Part shown: piece by piece, positions 49,026 through 58,748 of the stretch
How the letters are laid out: each line of letters opens with the position of its first letter
Numbering within the stretch: position 1 is the first letter of the stretch
Source: a virus
IMG/VR virus record: IMGVR_UViG_3300021375_000011
Coordinates: 56,836-120,835 of that record
Length of the DNA: 64,000 nt
Strand: one strand, 5' to 3'
Translations under genes and position numbers: made by a program
Notes under the pieces: model-generated
Database searches by the model: none
Seen by the model: only the letters and a program-made list of their open reading frames with translations
What the model was told of the DNA's origin: nothing

Positions 49026-50125
49026 GTTATATTTTTACATCAGAGTCAGTGAGCGAAGGCCATCCTGACAAAATAGCAGATCAAATATCAGATGCATTAG
49101 TCGATGCTGGTTTGCAAGCCGGTGACGAAACCACACGTGTTGCAGTAGAAACAATGGTAACAACAAACTATGTTGTACTAGCAGGCGAAGTAAAAAACTT
49201 CAACGTCACTGATGAACAAGTTGAACAAATTATAAGAGACAAAGTTAAAGAAATTGGCTACGAGCAAGAAGGCTTTCATTGGGATAAACTGACAGTTGAT
49301 AATAAAACAATTAACAACCAGTTGCATTCTCAAAGTTCAGACATTGCTCTAGGCACAGATGATTTTGGTGCAGGTGATCAAGGGCTCATGTTTGGTTACG
49401 CATGCAATGAGAATGATGCGTACCTGCCGGCACCAATTTACTATTCACATGAAATATTAAAAAATATAAAATCCAAACGAACCGACGGGTACAAGTACCT
49501 TGGTCCAGATGCTAAGAGTCAAGTTAGTGTAGAGTATGACGGCGGTAAGGTAAAACGTATTGATCAAGTTGTTGTAAGTCAACAACACAAAGATGAAAGT
49601 TTTTATGAACCATCACGTATGGCTACAAGATCAGCATGCGAAGAAGTACTAGGAGATTTAATAGATGACAAGACTATATTCCATCTTAATCCAACTGGCA
49701 ATTTTGTCATTGGTGGTCCTGATGGTGATGCTGGCGTTACAGGACGCAAAATTATCGTTGATACCTATGGCGGCTTTGCTCCTCATGGTGGCGGTGCTTT
49801 CTCAGGAAAAGATCCTACAAAAGTAGATAGATCGGCTGCCTATATGGCACGTTGGTTAGCAAAGAATGTTGTAGCAGACGACATGGCTGACTGGTGTCAA
49901 ATACAGATATCATATGCTATTGGAGTAAAAGAACCTACCAGCATCTACATAGATTCAAATGGACACAATAGAAGTATACAAAAGTTTATTCGTGACAACA
50001 TTGATCTTACACCAAAAGGTATAATTGATAGATTTGATATGTTTAATTTTTATAACTACAGTGCAAATTGCACATACGGACACTTTGGCAACAAAGATGT
50101 ACCTTGGGAACGTATAGGTTGGTAA
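49022..50125 (+). CDS. metK: S-adenosylmethionine synthetase
   Basis: FTSESVSEGHPDK, GAGDQGLMFGYA, GGGAFSGKDPTKVDRS signatures. Confidence 0.97.
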   Translation: MSYIFTSESVSEGHPDKIADQISDALVDAGLQAGDETTRVAVETMVTTNYVVLAGEVKNFNVTDEQVEQIIRDKVKEIGYEQEGFHWDKLTVDNKTINNQLHSQSSDIALGTDDFGAGDQGLMFGYACNENDAYLPAPIYYSHEILKNIKSKRTDGYKYLGPDAKSQVSVEYDGGKVKRIDQVVVSQQHKDESFYEPSRMATRSACEEVLGDLIDDKTIFHLNPTGNFVIGGPDGDAGVTGRKIIVDTYGGFAPHGGGAFSGKDPTKVDRSAAYMARWLAKNVVADDMADWCQIQISYAIGVKEPTSIYIDSNGHNRSIQKFIRDNIDLTPKGIIDRFDMFNFYNYSANCTYGHFGNKDVPWERIGW

Positions 50126-51631
50126 ATGAAGATACTAGGAGTAAGTGCTGGCTTTCATGATGCCGCATTAACAGTTATGCATAATCATAATGTATTGTTT
50201 GCAGGGCATGCAGAACGTTACAGCAAGATCAAAAACGATAGTACTATTCCAGTAAGTCTACAACAAAAGGCAAAAGAATACGGACCGTTTGATAAGATAG
50301 TCTACTACGAAAAGCCACATCTGAGACAACTGCGTAAAATTAAAAGTGGAGAGAGTTGGGGAGGTGCTTGGCGTACACGCACTGAACTAGAACAAACTAT
50401 ACCTTACATAATGGAAAACACCAAAGCAGAAATTAGCAGTGTTGGACATCATCTATCGCATGCGGCCGCAGGCTTTCAAACATCACCATTTGATGACGCA
50501 ACAGTTGTGGTAATAGATGCCATTGGTGAAACAGATACCGTCAGCATATATCATGCATACTATAATGGTGCATGCCTAGCAGGTGAACATGCTAAGGCAA
50601 ATTACAAACTGTTATACAAACAATCATATCCTCACAGTATTGGTATGTTCTACAGTGCAGTAACCAAACGTTGCGGACTGAAGCCAATGGATGAAGAGTA
50701 CATCACAATGGGCATGGCTGCTTACGGCGATGCTGACAAGGCATACAATACATTAAAACGTGCAACTGTGCGATTTACAGATATTCCTCTGTTTCAAGAA
50801 AACCTACACATAGGTATTGATGATGTTGGGTTTGCAGCCGACGTTTACGCAGAAGACATAGCCGCCGCAGGACAACAGTTATGCGAAGAAATGGTTATGG
50901 GTGTGATGCGTAGAGCAAAGGCTCTTGGCACTAGTAAAAATCTTGTGTACATGGGCGGAGTTGCACTTAACTGTGTTATTAATCGACGATTGGGTGAACT
51001 GTTTAACAAAATATGGATAATGCCCAACCCAGGAGATGCAGGAAGCAGTTTAGGTGCGGCAGCTTATGCATACGGTAGAGACATAAACTTTACAACACCT
51101 TATCTGGGCTCAAATATAGCAGGTGAATACCCAGTAGACGAACTGTTGAAAGAATTAGAAACAAATAAAATTGTTGGAGTTGCAAATGGACGTGCAGAAT
51201 TTGGTCCAAGAGCACTGGGCAATAGAAGTTTGTTAGCAGATCCTCGTGGCGCAGATATCAAGGACCGTGTGAATGAAATAAAACGTAGACAAAAGTTTAG
51301 ACCTTTTGCTCCTGTGATACTTGAAGAGCATGTACATGACTATTTTGCAATGCCTCTTTATCAACCCACAAGTCGTTACATGCAGGTGGTTGCACGTTGT
51401 ACAAAACCTGATCTGTTTCCGGCTATCATACATGTTGACGGTACATCAAGAGTACAAACAGTTCCAGACAATGACTCTGGTATCAGGCAATTGTTGAGTG
51501 CATGGTATAGAAAGACAGGTTGTCCTATGTTGTTAAATACTAGCCTTAACATAAGAGGCGAGCCGATGGTTGATGACAGGTCTGATGCTAATCGCTTTGA
51601 AAAAGAATACGGCGTAACAGTATGCAGTTAG
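50126..51631 (+). CDS. NodU/CmcH/TobZ-family O-carbamoyltransferase
   Basis: HDAA, ERYS, HHLSHAA, GGVALNC, GDAG, EFGPRALGNRS, FRPFAP, HVDGTSRVQT, LLNTSLN. Confidence 0.93.
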   Translation: MKILGVSAGFHDAALTVMHNHNVLFAGHAERYSKIKNDSTIPVSLQQKAKEYGPFDKIVYYEKPHLRQLRKIKSGESWGGAWRTRTELEQTIPYIMENTKAEISSVGHHLSHAAAGFQTSPFDDATVVVIDAIGETDTVSIYHAYYNGACLAGEHAKANYKLLYKQSYPHSIGMFYSAVTKRCGLKPMDEEYITMGMAAYGDADKAYNTLKRATVRFTDIPLFQENLHIGIDDVGFAADVYAEDIAAAGQQLCEEMVMGVMRRAKALGTSKNLVYMGGVALNCVINRRLGELFNKIWIMPNPGDAGSSLGAAAYAYGRDINFTTPYLGSNIAGEYPVDELLKELETNKIVGVANGRAEFGPRALGNRSLLADPRGADIKDRVNEIKRRQKFRPFAPVILEEHVHDYFAMPLYQPTSRYMQVVARCTKPDLFPAIIHVDGTSRVQTVPDNDSGIRQLLSAWYRKTGCPMLLNTSLNIRGEPMVDDRSDANRFEKEYGVTVCS

Positions 51632-51939
51632 AAGAAAATGAACTAAGACAACGTGTGATTGAATCATTACAAAAAGTCTACGATCCAGAAATGCCCAGTG
51701 TAAGTGTATACGACTTAGGCTTGATATACAAACTTGAAATAGATGGCGATAGGTGTATGGTAGAACACACACTTACATCAATGGCATGTCCTTTTGCTGA
51801 TCAAATCTGTAATGACATTGAACAAGCAATGATCAATACTGAAGGTGTGCGTGCTATAGATAGACAGTTGGTATTTGAACCGCAGTTTACAATGGAAATG
51901 GTTCCAGAAGAAACCAAATTAATTATGGGTTGGTACTAA
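51622..51939 (+). CDS. DUF59/SufT/PaaD-like Fe-S cluster maturation protein
   Basis: VYDPEM..SVYDLGLIY and TLTSMACP motifs. Confidence 0.88.
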   Translation: MQLEENELRQRVIESLQKVYDPEMPSVSVYDLGLIYKLEIDGDRCMVEHTLTSMACPFADQICNDIEQAMINTEGVRAIDRQLVFEPQFTMEMVPEETKLIMGWY

Positions 51940-52046
51940 TGGATACAAGACTAATATTTGGCTTACTTGCTTTGCCTGTACTTGCTTATATTGCATACTA
52001 TGTTGGTTTAGAACTTTGGTGCTATGCGTATGGACTACTATATTAA
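51939..52046 (+). CDS. 35-aa hydrophobic peptide (MDTRLIFGLLALPVLAYIAYYVGLELWCYAYGLLY)
   Basis: Manual translation; TAATG-coupled to the SufT-like gene; fills the gap to the convergent gene (overlapping stops in TTAA). Confidence 0.6.
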   Translation: MDTRLIFGLLALPVLAYIAYYVGLELWCYAYGLLY

Positions 52047-53083
52047 AGATAAGTTTCCAAACCACCTTTTCGTCTAATGTCTTGTGTGCAACAACTCACT
52101 CCGCCGTCCCAGAAATAACTGTGTCTTAGTTCTGAAATAATTGGATTTATTCTGTGTTTCTCACAATAATCAAAAACCTGCTTATTGTACGCACTAAAGA
52201 TAACATTCTCTTCATCTAATACCAAACAGTTAACGTCAAACACTGTGTCGCTTACATAGCCGACCCATTCTTTAAGATAGGTATCAACAAATTTGGTAAA
52301 TTCTTCTGTAGGAGTTTGTCCTTGTACATACCAAGCACCGTTGAAGTTTTCTTCTTTAAATTTGCCAACTGCCATTGCATGTGCTATAGTACTATGTTCT
52401 AGTTTGCTTACGTCCCATCCTGGAAAGTCTGATGCTAAATCTAACTGGTCATCCCATTTGCTACTTAACAGGACTCCTGGCTTTAGTATTGCAAACACTG
52501 CATCACCATGTCCGTCTGTTATTGCTTCGTGAAAAGTATATCTACTGTCAAGGCAGTTTTCCTGTATCCATTTGCTTTGCTCAGGTTTAAGATAGTCACT
52601 GTTATCAAAGAATATGTCGGTACCAACACGCACTATACAACTTGCACTGGCCCCATTTAATACACAGTCTGGATCCCAATATTCTCCATGCGGATTAACA
52701 ACTTGATCGCCGTACTCTGCACATATTTCATCTAGTTCGCTAACTTTAAGCACTCGCAAAAGTTTATCTCCTAAACTGATTTGCCAGTCTCTTGGAGTAA
52801 GCGGAGGCACAGGTGCACCAGGATTTTCACCTTCTGCAGGTTTGGTTTGCCATAGTGCAAATTTATCTTTATCAGGCAACGCTGGTCGAAGTACTTTTGC
52901 ACCAAATGTTTCGCAAGTCTTTTGTAAGTTATCTAAATCTTCATTTGTTTCCGCAAGTATTTGTTGTAATTGATTACGCACTTGAGCATCTTCAATGAAA
53001 TCAAAATAATTAGGAGTATATGCTCTTCCTACTATAACTTCTTCAAGAGGTTGCCAACTGGTGTATGCACTTACTTTAGACAT
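52043..53083 (-). CDS. Amidinotransferase family protein (glycine/inosamine-phosphate type)
   Basis: SWQPLEEVIVG, PRD, HGD, DVNCLVLDE, terminal GGVSCCTQDIRR with catalytic Cys. Confidence 0.82.
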   Translation of the reverse strand: MSKVSAYTSWQPLEEVIVGRAYTPNYFDFIEDAQVRNQLQQILAETNEDLDNLQKTCETFGAKVLRPALPDKDKFALWQTKPAEGENPGAPVPPLTPRDWQISLGDKLLRVLKVSELDEICAEYGDQVVNPHGEYWDPDCVLNGASASCIVRVGTDIFFDNSDYLKPEQSKWIQENCLDSRYTFHEAITDGHGDAVFAILKPGVLLSSKWDDQLDLASDFPGWDVSKLEHSTIAHAMAVGKFKEENFNGAWYVQGQTPTEEFTKFVDTYLKEWVGYVSDTVFDVNCLVLDEENVIFSAYNKQVFDYCEKHRINPIISELRHSYFWDGGVSCCTQDIRRKGGLETYL

Positions 53084-53958
53084 ATTAATATATTTTCCGT
53101 TTCTTTGTTTAGAAATAATTGTTGATTATGCAAAAGATCTTCTTTACAATCAGTGTACATGACGTGAATTTTTTTTGACTTTGCAATTCTACACATTTCC
53201 GTACAAACTGCCTCCCAACGTTCAGTTGGATCTTGTATAGTATCGTATGAATGATCAACAACATGATCAAATGTGCGATAGCCCATTTCACGTAGTTGTT
53301 GTACACTACCACATGCGCCTGCAATTACAAATGGTTGACTATTCTTTATTGCTTTAAAAACTTTTTCAGTAAGACGTACTGGACCTGTTAAGTTGCTTTC
53401 TATAACAAAATTAAAATAGGCATCACTGTGATGTAAACCCACAGTGTATTTCATATCTGCATGTTCATCAGCAGTTAATAAGTCGCAATGAAAAGGAGCA
53501 AGTTTTAAAAAGAATTCTGTATGATGTTTTAGACTGCCTAAATTGCTGGTATCGATTGGATTTATATCGTCTTCCACAGTGATTTGGTTGTTGTAACCAA
53601 AGTAACCTTGTTCGTGTAAACCCTTACTCCACAACCGTGCCATTGTATACGCACGCCATTCCTTGTGCGTACGAACTAATGCAGTAAACTTCTTACTGCG
53701 TTCTTGTGTGTGATAAACTGTGGGCATACTTCTATTACGATGCCTATAAAACAGTTCATCGCTACACATATAGGCAGTACCTGCAAGATCATGACTTTTA
53801 GTGGATTCAGTGGTAAAATGCACATTATCTTCTGAAAAACCTGCACTTACGGCATCTCTAATGTAGGTTTTTTTAACAGATTCTCTATTGGTCAAAAAAG
53901 TTAAATTTATTTGTTTATCACCTACAATGTTACGTATGTTTTCTATTATATTTGCCAT
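53071..53958 (-). CDS. Glycosyltransferase-like protein with TEK motif
   Basis: FNFVIES..LTEKVFKAI..QPFVI...GYRTF..SYD; resembles the GT10-type (I/V)TEK donor-binding region. Confidence 0.55.
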   Translation of the reverse strand: MANIIENIRNIVGDKQINLTFLTNRESVKKTYIRDAVSAGFSEDNVHFTTESTKSHDLAGTAYMCSDELFYRHRNRSMPTVYHTQERSKKFTALVRTHKEWRAYTMARLWSKGLHEQGYFGYNNQITVEDDINPIDTSNLGSLKHHTEFFLKLAPFHCDLLTADEHADMKYTVGLHHSDAYFNFVIESNLTGPVRLTEKVFKAIKNSQPFVIAGACGSVQQLREMGYRTFDHVVDHSYDTIQDPTERWEAVCTEMCRIAKSKKIHVMYTDCKEDLLHNQQLFLNKETENILICLK

Positions 53959-55001
53959 GTATTCATCATTTCAGTAAGTTCTTTCCAAAGCAATTTTTCA
54001 AACTGGTCACTATAAAACCAGTTGTAATTGTGCTCTACAGTGCTATTTACTGCGGTTTGCAAGGTGGTCTTTTCTTTTTGGCTCATTGTATTAATAGATT
54101 GTAACAGTTTGCCTATCTCGTATGTACGCACACCGTCTTCAGCTTCGTCATATGATTCGTCCCAAAAATCTCCAAATGTCCGAAAGCCATAACGACGTAG
54201 ATATTCTAAACTGCCCTTGCAACTCTGTATTATAAAAGGTTGTTGCATTACAATTGGCTTAAATGATTTTTCAGTAAGATGGTTCTTACGTCCTCTGAAA
54301 ACTGTTTCAGTAACAACATGAACCAAACTATTGTTTGCTTGTTCCCATAAATCAATTTTATGACTCTGTGCCGCATAACCTGAACCGTTATCAATCATAA
54401 GTGGCAATCGCACTTTAGGACAATCTAGTTCATATTTTACACATAATAATTCTAAACTTTGTCCTTCATATGGACATACATCTGGAAACGATATAAGATT
54501 TTTATCTAGCAAATCACGCCCAACAAACTGTTGAAGCATTTCTATTCTGTGTCTACGTTCACCACCAATTATATTATTAGGACAAAGAAAAGTATTATAA
54601 GGCTTGCGTTCTGAAAATTTTTGTGCTAAACTAGTACGATTATAACCACGATACCAATCAAGTGCAGCCCAAGCATGAAAAAAGTAATAACCATTTTCAA
54701 GTCCATAAGTATCACACACCCATGCAATATCATCACTTTGATATTCACTATGTATAATTTTACACGAGTTTTTTTGAGAGTAAATAGGCTGAAATTGTTC
54801 AATAAAAGATTTGAATCTATATCGATGTACTGGTTCTTGATCCCAAAATATAATTCTATTATTGCACTGATTGTCAACTGCTGGTTTGTTAACTATATTT
54901 TTAAATTCTGTACTACCAAACGGATCAAACCAATGCAATCCGTTTGTGCCTTTTGCAAGAGGCAAAAATACATTTTCATAAATTTCGTCGATACGTATCA
55001 T
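53946..55001 (-). CDS. Glycosyltransferase-like protein with TEK motif (paralogue of neighbour)
   Basis: VHVVTET...LTEKSFKPI..QPFII...GFRTF..DESYD. Confidence 0.55.
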   Translation of the reverse strand: MIRIDEIYENVFLPLAKGTNGLHWFDPFGSTEFKNIVNKPAVDNQCNNRIIFWDQEPVHRYRFKSFIEQFQPIYSQKNSCKIIHSEYQSDDIAWVCDTYGLENGYYFFHAWAALDWYRGYNRTSLAQKFSERKPYNTFLCPNNIIGGERRHRIEMLQQFVGRDLLDKNLISFPDVCPYEGQSLELLCVKYELDCPKVRLPLMIDNGSGYAAQSHKIDLWEQANNSLVHVVTETVFRGRKNHLTEKSFKPIVMQQPFIIQSCKGSLEYLRRYGFRTFGDFWDESYDEAEDGVRTYEIGKLLQSINTMSQKEKTTLQTAVNSTVEHNYNWFYSDQFEKLLWKELTEMMNTWQI

Positions 55002-56787
55002 GTTTGATAAATGTTACTCATACTCAAAAGAAGCTCTTGCACAGTGTAAGACTAGGTACTTATGGGTGCTTGATAAGCACTGCGATTATTCTCACTTTGA
55101 CTTTAGTTGGGAGCCGGCACCCTGGGAAAGCCACTTTAGACATGCGTTTGCTTCACAATGGCAAAAGGATTCTGGCACATATTTAATTCCAAAAGCAGGT
55201 TACACTGAAACAAAGTACAACACAGATAATACTGTTGTAAGACTACCTGATGTAACAAAGTGGGATAGCATGGATAGCGACTTTGACTATTCGTGGCATC
55301 ACGACGTTACTGAACCGCCTTACATATACCAATTTGGAACTCAACATCAAACAACAGGTGGCCCGAGATATACTGTAGCAGGTGCTGAAAGCACAAAGTT
55401 TGTAGGTGATATTACATCACGGGTGCGTGCAGTTGCTGGTGGAGCAGTATTAATTAAGCACTTGAACACACCATATGATGCAAACGTAAACATCATTGAC
55501 AGCACACGTTTCATAAGCAATTATCTTGATACACTTAAAAGAATACTAAAAAAGATCGATTCAGAATACGTATGGGTAATAAGCGACTTATGCGATTACG
55601 CAGACTTTGACTTCAGTTGGCATCCTGCACTGTGGCAAAATCGCATGCTACATGTTTTTCCTAGCAATGAACAAAAGTTTGGAGACACATTTTTTATTCA
55701 TATAGAGAGTTTTTTAGAAACTGTAAAAGACATTAAACTGTTAGAATATTACACGCCTTTAAATTTTGTTGACAAACGTGTGAAACGTAAACCGCCTACT
55801 CAAGTAAAGTTTGACACAGATAGTGTCGTTAATGCAGTATGGTCACATGAATTTACCACACCGGTTGTCCAGTTTTATAGATATCAAATTGAAAAGCCAG
55901 TAACAATAAGTTTATGGCAAGAAAGATTACGCACAGTTGTGCCTCTTAAAAAAGGTAGCGAATCAGTGCTTGTACCAAAAGATGCAAAAAACTATATCAA
56001 ACAACAGGTTTATGATTATGAATGGATTGATAAAAAACATAAGCCTGCTGATGCTACGCCATTGGATATTGTGTATATCAGCAATGGCGAAAGCAATGCT
56101 GAACGTAACTGGGTTTGGCTTAACAGTGTGCATCAAGGAAATAATAGAATTGTTAGAGTAGATGGTGTTAAAGGAAGAGCTGAAGCATATCGTGCAAGTC
56201 TTGAAGCAAGTAATACAGACTGGGCATTTTGTGTGTTTGCTAAACTAGAAGTAAACAAAGATTTTGATTGGACATGGCAACCTGACAGATTACAAGAGCC
56301 TAAGCATTATATTTTCCATGCACACAATCCTGTAAATGGGTTGGAATATGGACATATGGCAATGATTGCTTACAATAAACAACTCGTAGCAAATAACCAA
56401 GCTCAAGGTTTAGACTTCACACTTGATCAAGAACATGAAGTTGTTCCGTTGCTTAGTGGGATTGCTCGTTATGCAGATGATCCTTGGATTGCATGGCGAA
56501 GTGCGTTTCGTGAATGTTTAAAATTAAAACATTCGTTACCAAACATAGACAACAACTATCGTTTAAGCCAGTGGTTACAAGCGGATACAACGTCTGCTGT
56601 GGCTGGATGGAGTGCAATAGGTGCACAAGATGCAGTAAATTATTATGAATCCGTTGATGGAGATTTTGCTAGTTTACGTTTAACATATGAATGGGAATGG
56701 TTAGCTGATCACTTGTTCAAGCACCACAACCTAACACCTGATCAATTATGTACTCAACTTCAAGATCAGTCAGTTCAGGATAGATAG
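55000..56787 (+). CDS. Multi-domain glycosyltransferase-like protein
   Basis: Three DFDFSW(H/E)P-type internal repeats; C-terminal domain resembles 33814-34737 (DIVYIS, RVDGVKG, AWRSAFRECLKL). Confidence 0.62.
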   Translation: MFDKCYSYSKEALAQCKTRYLWVLDKHCDYSHFDFSWEPAPWESHFRHAFASQWQKDSGTYLIPKAGYTETKYNTDNTVVRLPDVTKWDSMDSDFDYSWHHDVTEPPYIYQFGTQHQTTGGPRYTVAGAESTKFVGDITSRVRAVAGGAVLIKHLNTPYDANVNIIDSTRFISNYLDTLKRILKKIDSEYVWVISDLCDYADFDFSWHPALWQNRMLHVFPSNEQKFGDTFFIHIESFLETVKDIKLLEYYTPLNFVDKRVKRKPPTQVKFDTDSVVNAVWSHEFTTPVVQFYRYQIEKPVTISLWQERLRTVVPLKKGSESVLVPKDAKNYIKQQVYDYEWIDKKHKPADATPLDIVYISNGESNAERNWVWLNSVHQGNNRIVRVDGVKGRAEAYRASLEASNTDWAFCVFAKLEVNKDFDWTWQPDRLQEPKHYIFHAHNPVNGLEYGHMAMIAYNKQLVANNQAQGLDFTLDQEHEVVPLLSGIARYADDPWIAWRSAFRECLKLKHSLPNIDNNYRLSQWLQADTTSAVAGWSAIGAQDAVNYYESVDGDFASLRLTYEWEWLADHLFKHHNLTPDQLCTQLQDQSVQDR

Positions 56788-57811
56788 GCAAACTAAGCAC
56801 ACGTCTTGACAAACTTGTACTGCTTGCCAACATTGGCTTTACACCTTCAAAAGAACCTATTTCATTTATACCATATTCATAGTGTACTTTGGTATCAACT
56901 CCTGCTTCTTTCAAACAATCTTGCATGATATTTCTGTCTGTGTCTATATCAATAACGAATTTGTGAAAACAATGTTCTTGTGCATTAGAACTGTCAATCA
57001 AACATCTAGTGCTTGACTTTTCGCTGAGTCTTTCCATCCAGTAGAGACCAATTGTTCGTCTGCGTTCTTGCCATTCGTCGATGTATTTTGTTTTAATCAG
57101 CATTGTTGCACAGTCTATTTCACTCATACGGCTGTTTGTGCCGCCAGTGATATGAGCTGATCCATTGGCTCTGTACCACCTTACAAATCTATCAATACTG
57201 GCTACGTCTGTAACAACTGCCCCACCATTTGCATAGTTTGCTAGATTCTTTGTAGGATCAAAACTTATTGCACTGGTACTAATTCTTTTACCATCCCAAC
57301 TAAGCCAATGTTGAGCTGCATCTTCTACAACAATCCAGTCCTGCTCGTCAAGCATATCTTTGAACTTTTGTGTTTGGTAGTTCTTTAAACTGTTGCCATA
57401 CAAGCCAACCAAACATACTGCCATGTTATTATAATGATGTCCTGCAACACTGTCTATATCTAACATGCCATATGAATCTGTGTCAGCAACTACAACTTTC
57501 CATCCTGCATTCGTCCATGCATTAGCAGTTGCACGATAGGTCAAGTTAGGAATGATAACCTGCGGATGACTAATATTCAATTGTTTGTAGTGATACTTGG
57601 CAATTGCTTCTAGTGCAACAGTGCCTGAACCAATTGTGATAGCATGATCAGAATTATTACGTTTTGCCAACCATGATTCAAATTCTTCTGTGTAGTTGCC
57701 ATCCATAAGTTGGCCACTACGCAATACAATATCAATGGTATCGAGAATTTCGCTTCGTAGTTGATTATACTGTTTTTTTAGACCAGTAAACGGAATCTTT
57801 AATCCACTCAT
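56717..57811 (-). CDS. DegT/DnrJ/EryC1/StrS-family PLP aminotransferase
   Basis: SGTVAL, EDAAQ, SFDPTKNL (PLP lysine), NSRMSEI, LSLPIYPEL. Confidence 0.92.
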   Translation of the reverse strand: MSGLKIPFTGLKKQYNQLRSEILDTIDIVLRSGQLMDGNYTEEFESWLAKRNNSDHAITIGSGTVALEAIAKYHYKQLNISHPQVIIPNLTYRATANAWTNAGWKVVVADTDSYGMLDIDSVAGHHYNNMAVCLVGLYGNSLKNYQTQKFKDMLDEQDWIVVEDAAQHWLSWDGKRISTSAISFDPTKNLANYANGGAVVTDVASIDRFVRWYRANGSAHITGGTNSRMSEIDCATMLIKTKYIDEWQERRRTIGLYWMERLSEKSSTRCLIDSSNAQEHCFHKFVIDIDTDRNIMQDCLKEAGVDTKVHYEYGINEIGSFEGVKPMLASSTSLSRRVLSLPIYPELTDLEVEYIIDQVLGCGA

Positions 57812-58748
57812 AATAGTTTTCAAGTCCTTCTTCTATTTCTATTTTTGGATTAAATTTAAATGCCATCATTGCACTTGTACAATCAAGTGTGCCTCTGCTG
57901 GGCATATTTGTTTTCTTGGCTCTAACTTTTACAGTGCCTTTGCCTACTAACTTTACAATAGCATTTGCTACATCTAATATTTTTTCTTTTTTGCCTCTGC
58001 TGATATTATATGTGCCAGTTACATCTTTAGTAACACTTGCAAGTGCAATGCCAGTGGCAGTATCTTTTACATAGGTAAAATCCAATGTTTGGTCTTTGCC
58101 GTTTACATACAAGGTCTCATCAGCTATTGCACGTTTAAAAAATGTGCCTATTACTCTATTGCTAACATCAAGTGGTCCGTATACCGCAGTTGGTCTTATT
58201 ATTACATAACTCTGCCCAGTGGTACGATTGTATTCTTTTACCAACTCTTCGCCTGCTATTTTCCAAATGCTATACTGTCCACATGGATTAAGTGCGGTTT
58301 CCTCTGATGCTTCGTCAAAGTCGCCATACACCATACTAGAACTTATATAAACAAACTTTGCAGTTTTATGACGTGTGCAACAATCTAATAGGTTTGCAGT
58401 GCCTACGCACATAGTTCTGGCTGCTTCAATTGGATTGTCTTTAACTGCGGCTTCGTTTGGAAAACTAGCTAAGTGTATAACAACATCTGGCTGGAATGTT
58501 TTAAATATTTCATCTATTTCTGGTACACAAATGTCTTCTTTAAAGATTTGTGTGTTAGTATCAATTGCTTTAAGGCGTTGTGCAAACAGATATTCAAGTT
58601 CTTCTTTTGGAAGACTGCCATATGTAGTAAATGCGTCTACTGCTTGTACATCATTTTTTCTGGATTTTTGTAATTCTTTAATTACATTGTGTCCAATAAG
58701 GCCAACACCGCCGGTTACTAGTATCTTTTTCTTTTTAGCTGTTGCCAT
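57765..58748 (-). CDS. NAD-dependent nucleotide-sugar epimerase/dehydratase
   Basis: ILVTGGVGLIG, VIHLAS, ISSSMVYG, YSIWK (YxxxK), DFTYVKD. Confidence 0.92.
   Translation of the reverse strand: MATAKKKKILVTGGVGLIGHNVIKELQKSRKNDVQAVDAFTTYGSLPKEELEYLFAQRLKAIDTNTQIFKEDICVPEIDEIFKTFQPDVVIHLASFPNEAAVKDNPIEAARTMCVGTANLLDCCTRHKTAKFVYISSSMVYGDFDEASEETALNPCGQYSIWKIAGEELVKEYNRTTGQSYVIIRPTAVYGPLDVSNRVIGTFFKRAIADETLYVNGKDQTLDFTYVKDTATGIALASVTKDVTGTYNISRGKKEKILDVANAIVKLVGKGTVKVRAKKTNMPSRGTLDCTSAMMAFKFNPKIEIEEGLENYYEWIKDSVYWSKKTV

Noticed and set aside
49022-51939. Host chromosomal DNA or chimera suggested by metK and SufT-like genes
   Set aside because: Genes are tightly coupled to phage-style neighbours with no visible junction; read mapping would be needed to exclude it fully.
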